DNA of 64,000 bases, from assembly GCA_963675295.2 (NCBI GenBank), contig CAXXKJ010000002.1:1056001-1120000 (forward strand). Reading direction: 5' to 3'. Position numbers and translations under genes: made by a program. Below are positions 39,609 through 49,960 of this stretch, piece after piece. This stretch comes from a bacterium (GTDB lineage: Bacteria > Electryoneota > Electryoneia > Electryoneales > Electryoneaceae). How positions within the stretch are numbered: position 1 is the stretch's first letter; each line of letters begins with the position of its first letter. The notes beneath the pieces were generated by a model. It was not told where the DNA came from, did not search any database, and saw nothing but the letters and a program-made list of their open reading frames with translations.

Positions 39609-41393
39609 ATGAAAGTACGTCATTTTCTGTTTCTGATTCTGGTTCTGGTCCCGGCACTCGCGACAGCGCAAATGATCTGGACAGAACACGTGATCTCAAC
39701 CGAAGTTTCCGGGCCAAAAGGTGTTAATCTCGTGGACCTTGATGGTGATGGTGATCTCGACGTTCTTGGCGCTACGTATGTCAACGCCAGCGTGTACTGC
39801 TACTTCAACGACGGCGGTTTGTTCACGGAGGCGTCATTTACCAGCCCATTCGACGAGTCGAACGCCTTCGGGCTGGGTGATTTCGATCTGGATGGTGACC
39901 CCGATATCGTTCTCTCGGACGGTGAGCTGCTTGCGATTGGCGACAACAACGGCAGCGGGCAGTTCACCTTTACCACGTTGGATGGATTCACAGCGGAATA
40001 TCTGACAAACGCTGACATTGTGGATCTGGACGGTGACGGCGACAGCGATCTGTTGCTCTCGGACTTCAGCGGTGACGTTGTCACTTGGCTTGAGTTCGAG
40101 GGTGAGACCTGGACGCAGCATACCATCGGCACCGGCTATTATCCGCAGGATGCGGACGTTGCGGATGTCGATGGGGACGGCGATCTGGACGTTGTGTACA
40201 CGAGCCTGTTGGGCCATCCGTGTTACATCGCGTTGCAGACAGCTACTGGTTGGGATGTGTCCGAGCCGGATATCCGGCCGAACCAGGCGTCCCAGGTCGA
40301 ACTGGCAGACTATGACGGGGATGGTGACATTGACATCGTCTGCGGTGCCTCCACCGGATACCTCACGATGTATACCAACGACGGTCAGGTTCCGCCAAAC
40401 TGGGAATACACCGATCTGGGCGACATTGAGGCCAGCAGCCTGAAAGCGGCCAATTTCGGGCAGAATGACTACGTCGAGTTTGTTGCTGCGTCCTACGACC
40501 AGCAACCCCGTAACGTTCTGGGCTATCGCTATGTCTACGGCGAGTGGCACAGTTCGGTGATCACGACGAACGATCATTTTGACTGCGGTATCGACATCGG
40601 TGATGTTGACGGCGACGGCCGTCTCGATGTCCTTTCCGCCGACTACAACCAGATCAGCTGGCTGCAGTACAACGTACCCACGCCAGGCGAATTGACCTTG
40701 ACCCCGGACGAACCGTCGCCGACCGTGCCGCCGGGCGGATCGTTCGGTTATGCCTTTCACCTGGAGCTCTCGCTGGACGAGCCGATGCCCGGCCGGATCT
40801 GGACCGATGTTGTCCTGCCGAACGGTACCGTGTACGGTCCGATGCACAATTGGTCGAGGACGTTTACAGGGGACGATGTGTTCGATATGCCGAACCGGGT
40901 GCAGAACGTTCCGTTGGGAATCGCGCCGGGCACCTACACGTTCCGGGCGTTCGTCGGGGATGAAGATTTTGCCGTCGGAGCGTGGGATTCCTTCGACTTT
41001 GAGGTCACGGCTGCGGGCGCGGTTCTGGTTACGGATGCAACCGTCGATGAGTGGGCTGCAGGTTCGGTTCCATTCCCCGGTGTGAGCGGCTTGCAGGGGC
41101 AGGCGGGCTTGGTGCAGGATGGGTGTGGTCATCGTTTGAAGCTGGAAGGAGTCAGTCCGAACCCGTTTAACCCGGAAACCTCAGTGCGGATTTCCCTCGC
41201 GGAGAGTTCGACGTTGCGAGTTCGTGTCTTCAACGCGCTCGGCCAGCGGGTGGCGTTGCTCGCGGACGGTCCTTACTCCGCGGGAGAACATCGATTTGTG
41301 GTGGATGGATCAACTTGGGCGTCTGGAATCTACCTGATCCAGGCGAAGGCGGGTGGCGAAACCGTGCAGCAGAAGATCATTCTGATGAAATAG
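39609..41393 (+). CDS. FG-GAP repeat protein with Ig module and T9SS CTD
   Basis: Signal peptide, D.DGDGD.D repeats, SPNPFN...QKIILMK. Confidence 0.9.
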   Translation: MKVRHFLFLILVLVPALATAQMIWTEHVISTEVSGPKGVNLVDLDGDGDLDVLGATYVNASVYCYFNDGGLFTEASFTSPFDESNAFGLGDFDLDGDPDIVLSDGELLAIGDNNGSGQFTFTTLDGFTAEYLTNADIVDLDGDGDSDLLLSDFSGDVVTWLEFEGETWTQHTIGTGYYPQDADVADVDGDGDLDVVYTSLLGHPCYIALQTATGWDVSEPDIRPNQASQVELADYDGDGDIDIVCGASTGYLTMYTNDGQVPPNWEYTDLGDIEASSLKAANFGQNDYVEFVAASYDQQPRNVLGYRYVYGEWHSSVITTNDHFDCGIDIGDVDGDGRLDVLSADYNQISWLQYNVPTPGELTLTPDEPSPTVPPGGSFGYAFHLELSLDEPMPGRIWTDVVLPNGTVYGPMHNWSRTFTGDDVFDMPNRVQNVPLGIAPGTYTFRAFVGDEDFAVGAWDSFDFEVTAAGAVLVTDATVDEWAAGSVPFPGVSGLQGQAGLVQDGCGHRLKLEGVSPNPFNPETSVRISLAESSTLRVRVFNALGQRVALLADGPYSAGEHRFVVDGSTWASGIYLIQAKAGGETVQQKIILMK

Positions 41394-41512
41394 CGGGTAG
41401 AACACGGGAAGGCCAGCCGTCCCCCGGTCTCTTGCGGGCTCAGGAAAATCTCCCGATACTCAGCGAACGTGAAAACCTGCAAAGTTGACCGTTCGTATGG
41501 GGAGTACGAGTG

Positions 41513-42055
41513 ATGAAAGACCGTTTGCTGGAGCTGATTCCTGAGTTCGCCGAGATCAAGGACGAGGCGTTGCGTGAGAACACCATCGGCGCGTGGCTGG
41601 ACGCGATGGACCGTGGCGGCTGGACTCCGGACGATCTGGAGAAATTCCCGTTCAGCCTGTTGATCGAAGGCCTGGACATCAGTTTCCTCGAGCACATCCG
41701 TGCCTGCGCCAAGATGAGCGCGGCGGTGCACGACCTGCTGATCGACCATTACGGCGGCAAGTTGACGCTAAACCGTGACTACCTGATGGCGGGGTCGTTG
41801 ATCGCGGATGTCGGCAAACTGCTGGAGTACAGCCCGGACGCCGAAAAGGGTGCGAAGAAGGCGGAGCACGGGAACTACCTGCGGCATCCATTCAGTAGCG
41901 TCGGCCTCGGCTGGGCACGGAACCTGCCGGACGAAGTGTTGCACATCGCGGCGGTGCACAGCAAGGAAGGCGCGGGGTTCCGTCGCAGTCCGGAAGCGAT
42001 CATTTTCCATCACGCCGACTTCATCGACTTCCAGATCTTCGGTGGAGGGTACTGA
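41513..42055 (+). CDS. HD/HDIG-domain phosphohydrolase
   Basis: LEH, ADVGKLLEY, RHPFS, AVHSKEG, HHAD; GGAG RBS. Confidence 0.85.
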   Translation: MKDRLLELIPEFAEIKDEALRENTIGAWLDAMDRGGWTPDDLEKFPFSLLIEGLDISFLEHIRACAKMSAAVHDLLIDHYGGKLTLNRDYLMAGSLIADVGKLLEYSPDAEKGAKKAEHGNYLRHPFSSVGLGWARNLPDEVLHIAAVHSKEGAGFRRSPEAIIFHHADFIDFQIFGGGY

Positions 42056-42115
42056 AAAGAAGTACGAAGTAAAAAGAAGTACGAAGAAGAAAGATATTCA
42101 GAGTAGATGAGAGCA

Positions 42116-42147
42116 ACGGGGACACTTAGCGGAGTAAGTGTCCCCGT
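42116..42147. repeat. GGGGACAC/GTGTCCCC REP-like hairpin
   Basis: ACGGGGACACTTA-GCGGAG-TAAGTGTCCCCGT. Confidence 0.75.
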
Positions 42148-42160
42148 ATTATTTTCAATA

Positions 42161-42195
42161 CTTTCGACTTTCGACTTTCGACTTTCGACTTTCGA
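42161..42195. repeat. Heptamer tandem repeat (CTTTCGA)x5
   Basis: Five perfect copies. Confidence 0.9.
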
Positions 42196-42196
42196 C

Positions 42197-43078
42197 TCAT
42201 CCCCACGGCGTTTTGCTGGATTTCTTCAGACGAGCGCCGGAGCTGGTCGTGCGTTTGTTGTCCAGCATCGGGTTGTAGCCCTGGCTGGGCGCCGTGGCCT
42301 GTTTGGCGGGTTGTGGTGTGGCGGCGGGCTGCTTGTTGCCGTACGAGCCTTGTCCACCAGACGGCTTCCCTTTTTGCACGAACAGTCCTTGTCCCTGCGT
42401 TTGTTTGCCGGGCTGAGGCGGGTCCGGTTTCTTGCCGCTTTTCTGTCCAAACAGCCCCTGCCCGGGTTGAGTGGCTGGCTTCTGTTTCCTAGCCGACTCT
42501 TTGCGTTGCCGCTGCAATTCCTTTTCGAGATCCTTTTTCATGTCCTTCGGCATCTCGGGCGGTGCGTACGTGTCCGGGAAGCGCCGGCTGAGAATGCCGA
42601 GCAGGTCGTAGACGCCTTTGGAATCGTAGAGGTTCGGCCACAGCCGCACGCTGCCGGTGTGGAAGTTGAGGGTCAGTCGGCTACTCGGACGATAGACTTT
42701 GCCTCGCCGCGCCATCATCCGCGAGGCTTTCCGCATGTGAAACTGCCCGCCCTTGAGCTCGTCGAAGGAGTACCACGATTTCGGTCCGCCCCACGCCTTG
42801 GCGATCCCGATCCCGCGGTCATTGAACCACACCTGCTTCAGATAGAGGTCTAGAACGAAGAAAAGCAGGGTAGCTGTCAAAAGACCGACGATAATGATCC
42901 CGGTGGTGGTGCCAAACCACTCGCCGACCCGTTCCCACCACTCCTCCTGCGCGAACAGGATGGACAGACCGGCAACGATCGGCCCGAGCCGGGCGAGGCT
43001 GGGCTTGAGGCGCCGCAGGTTGGCTTCCAGCGGAAACGGTCCCATCGACGCATCAGACGGTTTCGGTTGATCCTTCAT
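42197..43078 (-). CDS. Hypothetical membrane protein (2 TM, bacterial-PH-like segment, K/Q/P/G-rich tail)
   Basis: AGGGAG RBS; two hydrophobic helices; low-complexity tail with two GQGLF.QK repeats. Confidence 0.7.
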   Translation of the reverse strand: MKDQPKPSDASMGPFPLEANLRRLKPSLARLGPIVAGLSILFAQEEWWERVGEWFGTTTGIIIVGLLTATLLFFVLDLYLKQVWFNDRGIGIAKAWGGPKSWYSFDELKGGQFHMRKASRMMARRGKVYRPSSRLTLNFHTGSVRLWPNLYDSKGVYDLLGILSRRFPDTYAPPEMPKDMKKDLEKELQRQRKESARKQKPATQPGQGLFGQKSGKKPDPPQPGKQTQGQGLFVQKGKPSGGQGSYGNKQPAATPQPAKQATAPSQGYNPMLDNKRTTSSGARLKKSSKTPWG

Positions 43079-43207
43079 GGCAACTCCCTGACCAGACTGC
43101 ACGAAAGGTACAACCGCAGGCGGCGTGTGTGAAAAGGCCGAATCGGATTTGATACAAAGACCGGAACAGCGGTACAGATCACTTCAGCCGGCAGGATTTC
43201 GCACGGT

Positions 43208-44752
43208 TCAGCGCAGGATTGTCAACCGCCGGTAGTCTGTTTGAGCCGTCCCTTCGGCGGCGAGAAAATACGTTCCGGATGCCAGGTTGGGAGCGTTCAG
43301 ACGGAAGGTATGGTAGCCCGGGAGAAGGGCTGGCCGATCAGCAAGAATCGCCGCCGGCCGGCCCAGGATATCGTAGACAACCAGCCGTATCGGTTGGTCT
43401 TCGAGCACCCGCAGCCGTATCACAGTGCTGGAGTTGAATGGATTGGGATAAACAGTGATGATATCGAATGTGTTCGGAAGTGGAGACGAGATCTCGGGTT
43501 CAGGTAATTCCTCTTCGTTTCCCGTGGCGAAGCGAAGTACGTTTGCCCGAAGCTTGCTGTCGTAGTTGTTGGATGGGTCGATGGGGTACTGCACAAACAC
43601 CAGCAGATCACCGTTTTCCGCCACGGTCATGCCGTCGAACAGAACTCCCTGCCAGGAAAGGTTCAGATCCGAAACCACATCGCCATCTGTGTTCAGAAAG
43701 GCGAGTGAATGCGATGTGTTTGGCTGATCAACGACTTCGGTACTACGTGCAATGGCGAACCCATCCGGTATCTCGGCCAGCGCGGTGAGCTGATAGAATT
43801 CCCACTCCTGAGTGCTGTCGATCGCCACTTGCCAGCGAACACTGCCGTCAGCGTTTTGTCTTGTCAGCCAGCCGCCGAGAGGAAACTGGTAGCCGGCGAA
43901 GGCAAAGCCGCCGTCTTCACACCATGTGAAGTCAGTGGTCCGTGTATACATGGAATTGTATACAGTCATCGGGACTGCGATGGAATCGACAGTCAGTCCG
44001 TCATGGTTCACAATCTGCACGAACGGAGTATTGACCTTCACATTCGGGTCGGCATCGCCGGTCAAGGTGACCTCGTCACCGGTTCGTCCGGGATACAGGG
44101 TCATGAACGGGTACTCATCCCACGAGCGCAGGATGGTTTCACCTCCGGATGGTGAAACACGCTTCAGGTACGTGGTGCGTTCACTATCAAAACGGTCGTT
44201 GCGATTCGAGGTTAACATGAACGCATGTCCGGAGTACTCGCCACTCCGGATACTTTCAATGTCGCGGATCGAGGAATAGTTATCGTTCCAGAACTGGGAT
44301 TTGTACTGGTGATCCCAGTCCACCTGACCGGTGGAAAGAACCCGTGCGACACCACTGTTTCCGGTGTCGTAGTCGGACTCATTTGACGTGTAGAAGGAGT
44401 ACTGCAGCAAATAGGAATCGTCTGACAGGCAACAGATCTTTCCGCTCCTGTGCGCAAAAACAGGATCAACCGCCTCGCGGCTTAAAACGTTCCCATAAGC
44501 GTCGAGTTCCCACAACGTCAATGTTGCATGGATCCAGTCCTCGCCGGATGTGTATTGCCTGCCAAATGCAAGCAGGTGGCCGTTTTCCAACTCGACAATG
44601 TCATTGATTTCCGTCTGCTTGTCTCCTGCGGTGAGCCTCGTGCCCCAGCGCAGTTCGGGTGGTTGCGCGTTGGCGATGGACACGAACAGCAGGACGAGAA
44701 GGATCACGAATACCAGTTTGGGTGAACGTGTAACAAGCATCGTTTTCATCAT
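43208..44752 (-). CDS. Secreted beta-propeller-like protein with T9SS CTD
   Basis: Signal peptide; YPNPFN...RRLTILR; start uncertain. Confidence 0.85.
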   Translation of the reverse strand: MMKTMLVTRSPKLVFVILLVLLFVSIANAQPPELRWGTRLTAGDKQTEINDIVELENGHLLAFGRQYTSGEDWIHATLTLWELDAYGNVLSREAVDPVFAHRSGKICCLSDDSYLLQYSFYTSNESDYDTGNSGVARVLSTGQVDWDHQYKSQFWNDNYSSIRDIESIRSGEYSGHAFMLTSNRNDRFDSERTTYLKRVSPSGGETILRSWDEYPFMTLYPGRTGDEVTLTGDADPNVKVNTPFVQIVNHDGLTVDSIAVPMTVYNSMYTRTTDFTWCEDGGFAFAGYQFPLGGWLTRQNADGSVRWQVAIDSTQEWEFYQLTALAEIPDGFAIARSTEVVDQPNTSHSLAFLNTDGDVVSDLNLSWQGVLFDGMTVAENGDLLVFVQYPIDPSNNYDSKLRANVLRFATGNEEELPEPEISSPLPNTFDIITVYPNPFNSSTVIRLRVLEDQPIRLVVYDILGRPAAILADRPALLPGYHTFRLNAPNLASGTYFLAAEGTAQTDYRRLTILR

Positions 44753-44859
44753 CTGTTTAAGTGTGTTAATTATCAGGTGTAAGATAGACAGTTTTGGCAC
44801 ACATTACACTGGTTTGGCTTCCCGAACATATAAAAAGCTGTCTTGAGCTTGTCTCCAGC

Positions 44860-44889
44860 AAAAAAGGCCGGCGGATTCATCCGCCGGCC
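44860..44889 (-). terminator. Intrinsic terminator
   Basis: AAAAAAGGCCGGCGGA/TCCGCCGGCC. Confidence 0.75.
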
Positions 44890-44918
44890 ATACATCTCAT
44901 CTGTTCACCTGGTCGGGT

Positions 44919-46538
44919 TTACTTCAGCAGCAGCACCTTGACGGCTTGTTGCTGGCTACCGGCGATGGCATTGACGAAGTACACGCCCGCCGCCCAACTG
45001 CTGGCGTCAAGCTGCAGCTGATGCGCGCCAGCCGAAACGTTTCCGAGATCCTGCTGCATGACCACACGGCCGAGCACGTCATACACCTGCACCTGCAGGT
45101 TCGACGCCTGATTCATGGTTACCGTCAGCATCGTCGTCGGGTTGAACGGGTTCGGGTACGCGTTCAGGAGCATGTGGTCCACCGGGGTCGAAACCGTGGT
45201 TTCGCCCAGGCCCGTGGTGATCGTGTCGAGTCCTTCGATGTCACCCGGTTCACGCCAGAAATCACTGTTCTGGGCGTACACGACAATCGTCGGCAAGCCG
45301 GGGCAGTGGTCGATCAGACCACCGACGATTTCCACCCAGTCTCCTTCGACCGGACGGTCGGAACCGTTCCCCGGCGAATAGGACATCACGCCGTAGGTAA
45401 GGCGGAAGTCCGCCACGTCATCGGCGTCGATGTCGAGGCCGTACTGGTTGTGGCCGTTCGCGTTTTCGTCGACAACGACGTAGCCTTCGGCCTCAATCGA
45501 GGTCGGACCGGCGTAGTTGCAACCGTTGTGGTCCTGATGCCACTGGCCGCCATGGCTGTTGTGCTGGCCGCCGAGGGAATCCGGAACGAACCAGACGAGA
45601 CCATTGATCTCGAACACGATGACCATCGGAACGTCGCCGGGATGGCCACGGAACAGTTCGCCGCCGACGATGTCGATTTCGTCGCCATTCAACGGCAGTT
45701 CAGCGCCTGACGGCGGTTCGTAGTCCGGAGGACCGAATCCGAGGCGGTAATCCGCGACGCCGTCGTTCTCTTCGTCAATGAAGTATGCGTCGCGGCAGGG
45801 ATCGGGATTGTCAACGACAATCGCCCAGCCACTCAGCGTGACCTCTTCCCAGCCATGTGGTTCGTGTCCGCCGTGATGGCCGCCGCCATGCGGGCCGCTG
45901 CCGTCGAGCACGAAGTCAACCGTCGTCGTGAGATCTTCTTCGACGGTGATGTCAGCTTCATCCATTCCGTAGCCGGTAAGCATCGCACGCGCGACATAAT
46001 CGCCAACAGCGACCTCTTCGAACGTGAACATGCCGTCGGCGTCGGTCCAGGTCTCATAGACCTGCATCATGCCGCCACCACCGTGGCCGCCGCCGTGAAA
46101 TCCATGACGCAGTATGACCCGCGCGCTGTCGAGCGGGGCTGCGAGAGTATCAGTGACGGTGCCGGTGACGGTTCCGACCGCACCCGCCGGTGGCGGATCC
46201 GTGAAGCAATCCAGCACGAAATCGATGGTTACGGTTGCGCCTTCTTCGACGGTGATTTCGGCTTCATCCATGCCGTAGCCGAACAGTGATGCGCGAGCGG
46301 TGTAGTCGCCCGCCTCAACTTCTTCAAGGAGGAACATGCCGTCCGCGTCGGTCCAGGTTTCATACATCAGACCGCCGTGTCCGCCGCCGCCGTGATGCGA
46401 GGAATGCAGCACGACATGCGCGCCTTCGATGGGAACCAGCAGTGAATCGGTGACGGTCCCTGTCACTGTGGCGGCTTGCACGGAGCAAACGCCGGCCAGT
46501 AGCAGAAACAGTACGACCCATACAGAACGAGTCTTCAT
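44919..46538 (-). CDS. T9SS-CTD protein with two carboxypeptidase-regulatory-like domains and His/Gly-rich loops
   Basis: Two GTVTD...P...A.V...TDADG.F....V..GDY repeats; four His-rich linkers; YPNPFN...KVLLLK. Confidence 0.88.
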   Translation of the reverse strand: MKTRSVWVVLFLLLAGVCSVQAATVTGTVTDSLLVPIEGAHVVLHSSHHGGGGHGGLMYETWTDADGMFLLEEVEAGDYTARASLFGYGMDEAEITVEEGATVTIDFVLDCFTDPPPAGAVGTVTGTVTDTLAAPLDSARVILRHGFHGGGHGGGGMMQVYETWTDADGMFTFEEVAVGDYVARAMLTGYGMDEADITVEEDLTTTVDFVLDGSGPHGGGHHGGHEPHGWEEVTLSGWAIVVDNPDPCRDAYFIDEENDGVADYRLGFGPPDYEPPSGAELPLNGDEIDIVGGELFRGHPGDVPMVIVFEINGLVWFVPDSLGGQHNSHGGQWHQDHNGCNYAGPTSIEAEGYVVVDENANGHNQYGLDIDADDVADFRLTYGVMSYSPGNGSDRPVEGDWVEIVGGLIDHCPGLPTIVVYAQNSDFWREPGDIEGLDTITTGLGETTVSTPVDHMLLNAYPNPFNPTTMLTVTMNQASNLQVQVYDVLGRVVMQQDLGNVSAGAHQLQLDASSWAAGVYFVNAIAGSQQQAVKVLLLK

Positions 46539-46909
46539 GGGAGCTCCATGGTTACGCCGATGCATGCCTCGCCCGTCCCCAACGGGTTGTTGCCATGCAA
46601 CGGCAGCAGGTTTACTTGAAACGTCCCAATCAAGTAACCACTCTCCAAGTCAGGCATAATATACGTTCAAAAACAAATAAGGTTGCAATGCTCAAAGTGT
46701 TAGACACTCCTAAACTATTTAGGAAGCAGTAGAAACGGGCATAAACAGGAATGAAAAGCAATATTTACTTGTGCCAATCTCAACAGTTCATGTGAATACT
46801 CTGAGATAAGGTTTTGTATTTCTTGTAATGGGTATAACAGGGTGGTAGAAAGGAATCTAGCGTGCATACGTTTGCATGATCGGGTCTCAGTGTGAAGTTT
46901 GCGCGCACT

Positions 46910-46939
46910 AAAAAACGCCCGATCCACTGGATCGGGCGC
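46910..46939 (-). terminator. Terminator downstream of tRNA-Ser
   Basis: AAAAAACGCCCGATCC/GGATCGGGCG. Confidence 0.75.
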
Positions 46940-46945
46940 TGGTTC

Positions 46946-47038
46946 TGGCGGGGAGACAGGGATTCGAACCCTGGGTACGGTTTTACGCCGTACACTCGCT
47001 TAGCAGGCGAGCACCTTCAGCCACTCGGTCATCTCCCC
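46946..47038 (-). tRNA. tRNA-Ser(GCT)
   Basis: Reverse complement GGGGAGA...CTCGC-CTGCTAA-GCGAG, long variable arm, GGTTCGAATCC, encoded CCA. Confidence 0.96.
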
Positions 47039-47369
47039 GTGGCAAAGTCGGTTGTAAACCTGTACCGCAATGCAACGGGATTTCCATGTGCTTTGCGGCG
47101 CGGAGCAAGATAAACGGGGGAGCTGCCGAGCGCAAACATCCGGAGGGGGGGTCGGCGCTCTCGTGTGAGACCGGTTGGAGCCGTGACCACCCTCGCCGGA
47201 CAGGGTTCAACATGGGCTTGACCGGGTGGCGAGGTCTCGGTATGTTAGCCGCGCGGCGGGAGCGGTTTGCGTCGCGCACGGGGGGCGGTACGGTCGATGC
47301 TCGAACCATGTTGCTGTGACAGCGTTCGGTGTCGCCTGGCGCTTTCCACAATTCAGCCGGGAGCTGCAG

Positions 47370-47960
47370 ATGAATTGGGAAATCCGTCGTATACCGTTGA
47401 TGCCGCTGGTTAAGATCAGCTTCATCGTCTACATGCTGATTTCGCTGGTCGCGATGCTGCTCTATGGTTTATTCCTCGGCAGCGTGGCCGGAGTGTTAAG
47501 CGGCTTGATGCATGAGGAGTTTGGCTCGATGCTTCCGGTGACCGGAGGGGCGTTGATCTTCGGCGGGTTGATCATGTCGGTGATTATGGCGGTGATCTAC
47601 ACCTTCTTCACTTTCCTCGCCGGAGTGGTCTACAACGCTGTCGCGGGCATGGTTGGCGGGCTCGAAGTGGAGTTGGAGCCGGCGAACGGCCCGTCCGAAC
47701 TGGCAAACTACGTGCATCCGCATCTGCCGCAACCGCAGCCGGTTCAGCAGCCGGTCGTGGTGCAGCAACCGGTCTCGCCGCCACCTGCGGAACCCGTGCC
47801 TCAGGCAGCGCAACAACCGCAATCTCAGCCGCCGGCGCAAGATCCGGAATCGTCGTCATCCGGCGGCAAGGATCATGAGCGCTACATGCCGCCGGGCAGC
47901 AAGGAGTCCGGTGAATCCGGATGGGGCTGGGGTGGCGATGAGCCGGAGAAGAAGGACTAG
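47370..47960 (+). CDS. DUF3566-like membrane protein with Pro/Gln-rich tail
   Basis: EIRRI.....KI, YN.VA..VGGLEVEL; upstream TTGACC-N17-TATGTT. Confidence 0.75.
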   Translation: MNWEIRRIPLMPLVKISFIVYMLISLVAMLLYGLFLGSVAGVLSGLMHEEFGSMLPVTGGALIFGGLIMSVIMAVIYTFFTFLAGVVYNAVAGMVGGLEVELEPANGPSELANYVHPHLPQPQPVQQPVVVQQPVSPPPAEPVPQAAQQPQSQPPAQDPESSSSGGKDHERYMPPGSKESGESGWGWGGDEPEKKD

Positions 47961-47996
47961 CTTCAGCACTCAAAACGTTGACGTGAAGGATAGACC

Positions 47997-49496
47997 ATGA
48001 CACCCGTCCGTGTACGTTTCGCACCCAGCCCGACCGGATTTCTCCATATCGGCGGCGTGCGTACGGCCATTTTCAACTACTTGTTCGCCCGTCACCATGA
48101 CGGCCAGTTCCTCATTCGCATCGAGGATACCGACACCCAGCGTTCGAAGCAGGAGTACGAGGATGATATCCTCGACGCGTTGAAGTGGCTCGGCCTGAAG
48201 TGGGACGAAGAACCGTTGCGTCAGTCGACACGGGTGACACGTCACCGTGAGATGGTGGAGGAGCTGATCGAGAAGGGCGCGGCGTTCCGCTGCTTTGTGC
48301 CGATGGAGAAGGCACAGGCGATGAAGGAAGCGGAGATGGCACGTGGTGGGATCAACGCCTTCCGCAGTCCGGACCGTGAGCTGACGCCGAAAGAGTCCAA
48401 GGCGCGGGCGGATGCCGGCGAGCCGTACGCGATCCGTTTCAAGGTGCCGACGCTGGATGTTGCGTTCAAGGACCACGTGCGCGGCACGGTCACCACTCCG
48501 GCGCACACGATCGACGACTTCATCATCCTACGCAAGGACGGCACGCCGACGTACATGATGGCGGTGGTGGTTGACGATTCCGAGATGGAGATCACCACGG
48601 TCATCCGTGGCGCGGACCACATTACCAACACCCCGAAGCAGGTGCTTTTGTACCAGGCGCTTGGCTTGCCGGTGCCGGAATTTGCGCATGTACCGTTGAT
48701 TCTCGGCCCGGACAAGAAGCGGTTGAGCAAGCGTCACGGCGCGGCTGCAGTCACTGAGTATCGCACCAAGGGTTACCTGCCGGAAGCGATCATGTCGTAC
48801 ATGGCGACGCTCGGCTGGTCGGCTGGCGAGGACAAGGACGTGTACACCCGCGAGGAACTGATCGAACAGTTTGATCTCAAGGGGATCAACAAGGCGAGCG
48901 CGGTGTTTGACGAGCAAAAGCTCGAGTGGATGAACGCACAGTTCATGTCGCAGGTGCGGGATTGCGACCTGCAGCAGATGTTGCGTCCCGAATTCGCGAA
49001 ACGCATTGAAGCGGGGCAGTATCCGCACGGGACCGGCCCGATGCTGGCCGAAGCGGTTCGGCTGCTGAAGACACGCGCGCATTTCCCGGTTGACATCCTC
49101 GACAAAGGCGGCTATTTCTTTGAGGATCCGACCGAACTCGAGGATCGCAAGGCGGCGAAGAAGCGGTTGAAGCACGAAGATCTGCCGACACGTCTGGATG
49201 AAATGGCGAAACGCTTCGAGGCGGTGCAGACGTTCGATGAAGAGCAGGCGGAAGAAGCGTTGCGTGTGTACACCGAAGAACTGGGGGAGAACGCTGGTGC
49301 GTTGATCCATCCGGTCCGGCTGGCAGTGAGCGGCATGGGGAGCGGCCCGAGCCTGTTTGAATTGCTGGTGTCGCTGGGGAAAGAAACGGTTGTCCGTCGC
49401 ATCCGGACGCTGGCCGAGCATCTGCGTAAGCATGGTACGCCGCCGGTGCCTGACGATCCGGACCAGCCGTTGCCGAAGATCGAGCCGTTGGCCTGA
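47997..49496 (+). CDS. gltX: Glutamate--tRNA ligase
   Basis: RFAPSPTG.LHIGG, RIEDTD, IRG.DH, RLSKRHG. Confidence 0.97.
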   Translation: MTPVRVRFAPSPTGFLHIGGVRTAIFNYLFARHHDGQFLIRIEDTDTQRSKQEYEDDILDALKWLGLKWDEEPLRQSTRVTRHREMVEELIEKGAAFRCFVPMEKAQAMKEAEMARGGINAFRSPDRELTPKESKARADAGEPYAIRFKVPTLDVAFKDHVRGTVTTPAHTIDDFIILRKDGTPTYMMAVVVDDSEMEITTVIRGADHITNTPKQVLLYQALGLPVPEFAHVPLILGPDKKRLSKRHGAAAVTEYRTKGYLPEAIMSYMATLGWSAGEDKDVYTREELIEQFDLKGINKASAVFDEQKLEWMNAQFMSQVRDCDLQQMLRPEFAKRIEAGQYPHGTGPMLAEAVRLLKTRAHFPVDILDKGGYFFEDPTELEDRKAAKKRLKHEDLPTRLDEMAKRFEAVQTFDEEQAEEALRVYTEELGENAGALIHPVRLAVSGMGSGPSLFELLVSLGKETVVRRIRTLAEHLRKHGTPPVPDDPDQPLPKIEPLA

Positions 49497-49502
49497 CGGG
49501 GC

Positions 49503-49807
49503 GGATGACCCCAGACATGAATGTCTGGGGCATGTTGGCTGAAAGACTTGCCCGCGTAAGCTTGCAGGCGCGGACCTGATGCCGATCAAACAACTGGTCG
49601 GATCAGCCGCGGTAGGAAACCTCCTGCGGGCATCAGCAAGCGAGTTGGCGGAGATAATCCCGGACTGAAGTCCGAGGGCGTAGTTCTGTGGTGGCTTGGA
49701 GGTCTGTGAATCCCGGGCTGAAGCCCGAGGGCATGACTGCACAGGCACAGTGGCTGTATTGTATAACGAGTGGATGACCCCAGACATGAATGTCTGGGGC
49801 ATGTTGG
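49503..49807. repeat. Cluster of REP-like hairpins including two identical 36-bp copies
   Basis: GGATGACCCCAGACATGAATGTCTGGGGCATGTTGG at 49503-49538 and 49772-49807; two ATCCCGG.CTGAAG.CCGAGGGC copies between them. Confidence 0.85.
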
Positions 49808-49834
49808 GAAGTAGTGGTTTGTAGTTATTTACCT

Positions 49835-49960
49835 CCAGGACCCAGGACCCAGGACCCAGGACCCAGGACCCAGGACCCAGGACCCAGGACTCAGGACTCA
49901 GGACTCAGGACTCAGGACTCAGGACTCAGGACTCAGGACCCAGGACCCAGGACTCAGGAC
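49835..49960. repeat. Heptamer tandem array (YCAGGAC)x18
   Basis: CCAGGAC x8, TCAGGAC x7, CCAGGAC x2, TCAGGAC x1. Confidence 0.95.

Noticed and set aside
42107-42853. 248-aa plus-strand ORF
   Set aside because: Starts within a REP hairpin and heptamer array, and is antisense to a better-supported gene.
46540-46945. Possible integrative element at the tRNA-Ser 3' end (AT-rich flank)
   Set aside because: No integrase and no duplicated tRNA 3' end seen; the short ORFs here lack RBS support and overlap the terminator.
47100-47345. Possible structured RNA or riboswitch upstream of the DUF3566-gltX unit
   Set aside because: GC-rich pairing is possible, but no known family motif was recognised; divergent promoters explain the region.
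49503-49960. Possible CRISPR array (36-bp palindromic repeat)
   Set aside because: Only two copies, separated by 233 bp containing other hairpins; no regular spacers and no cas genes in the window.
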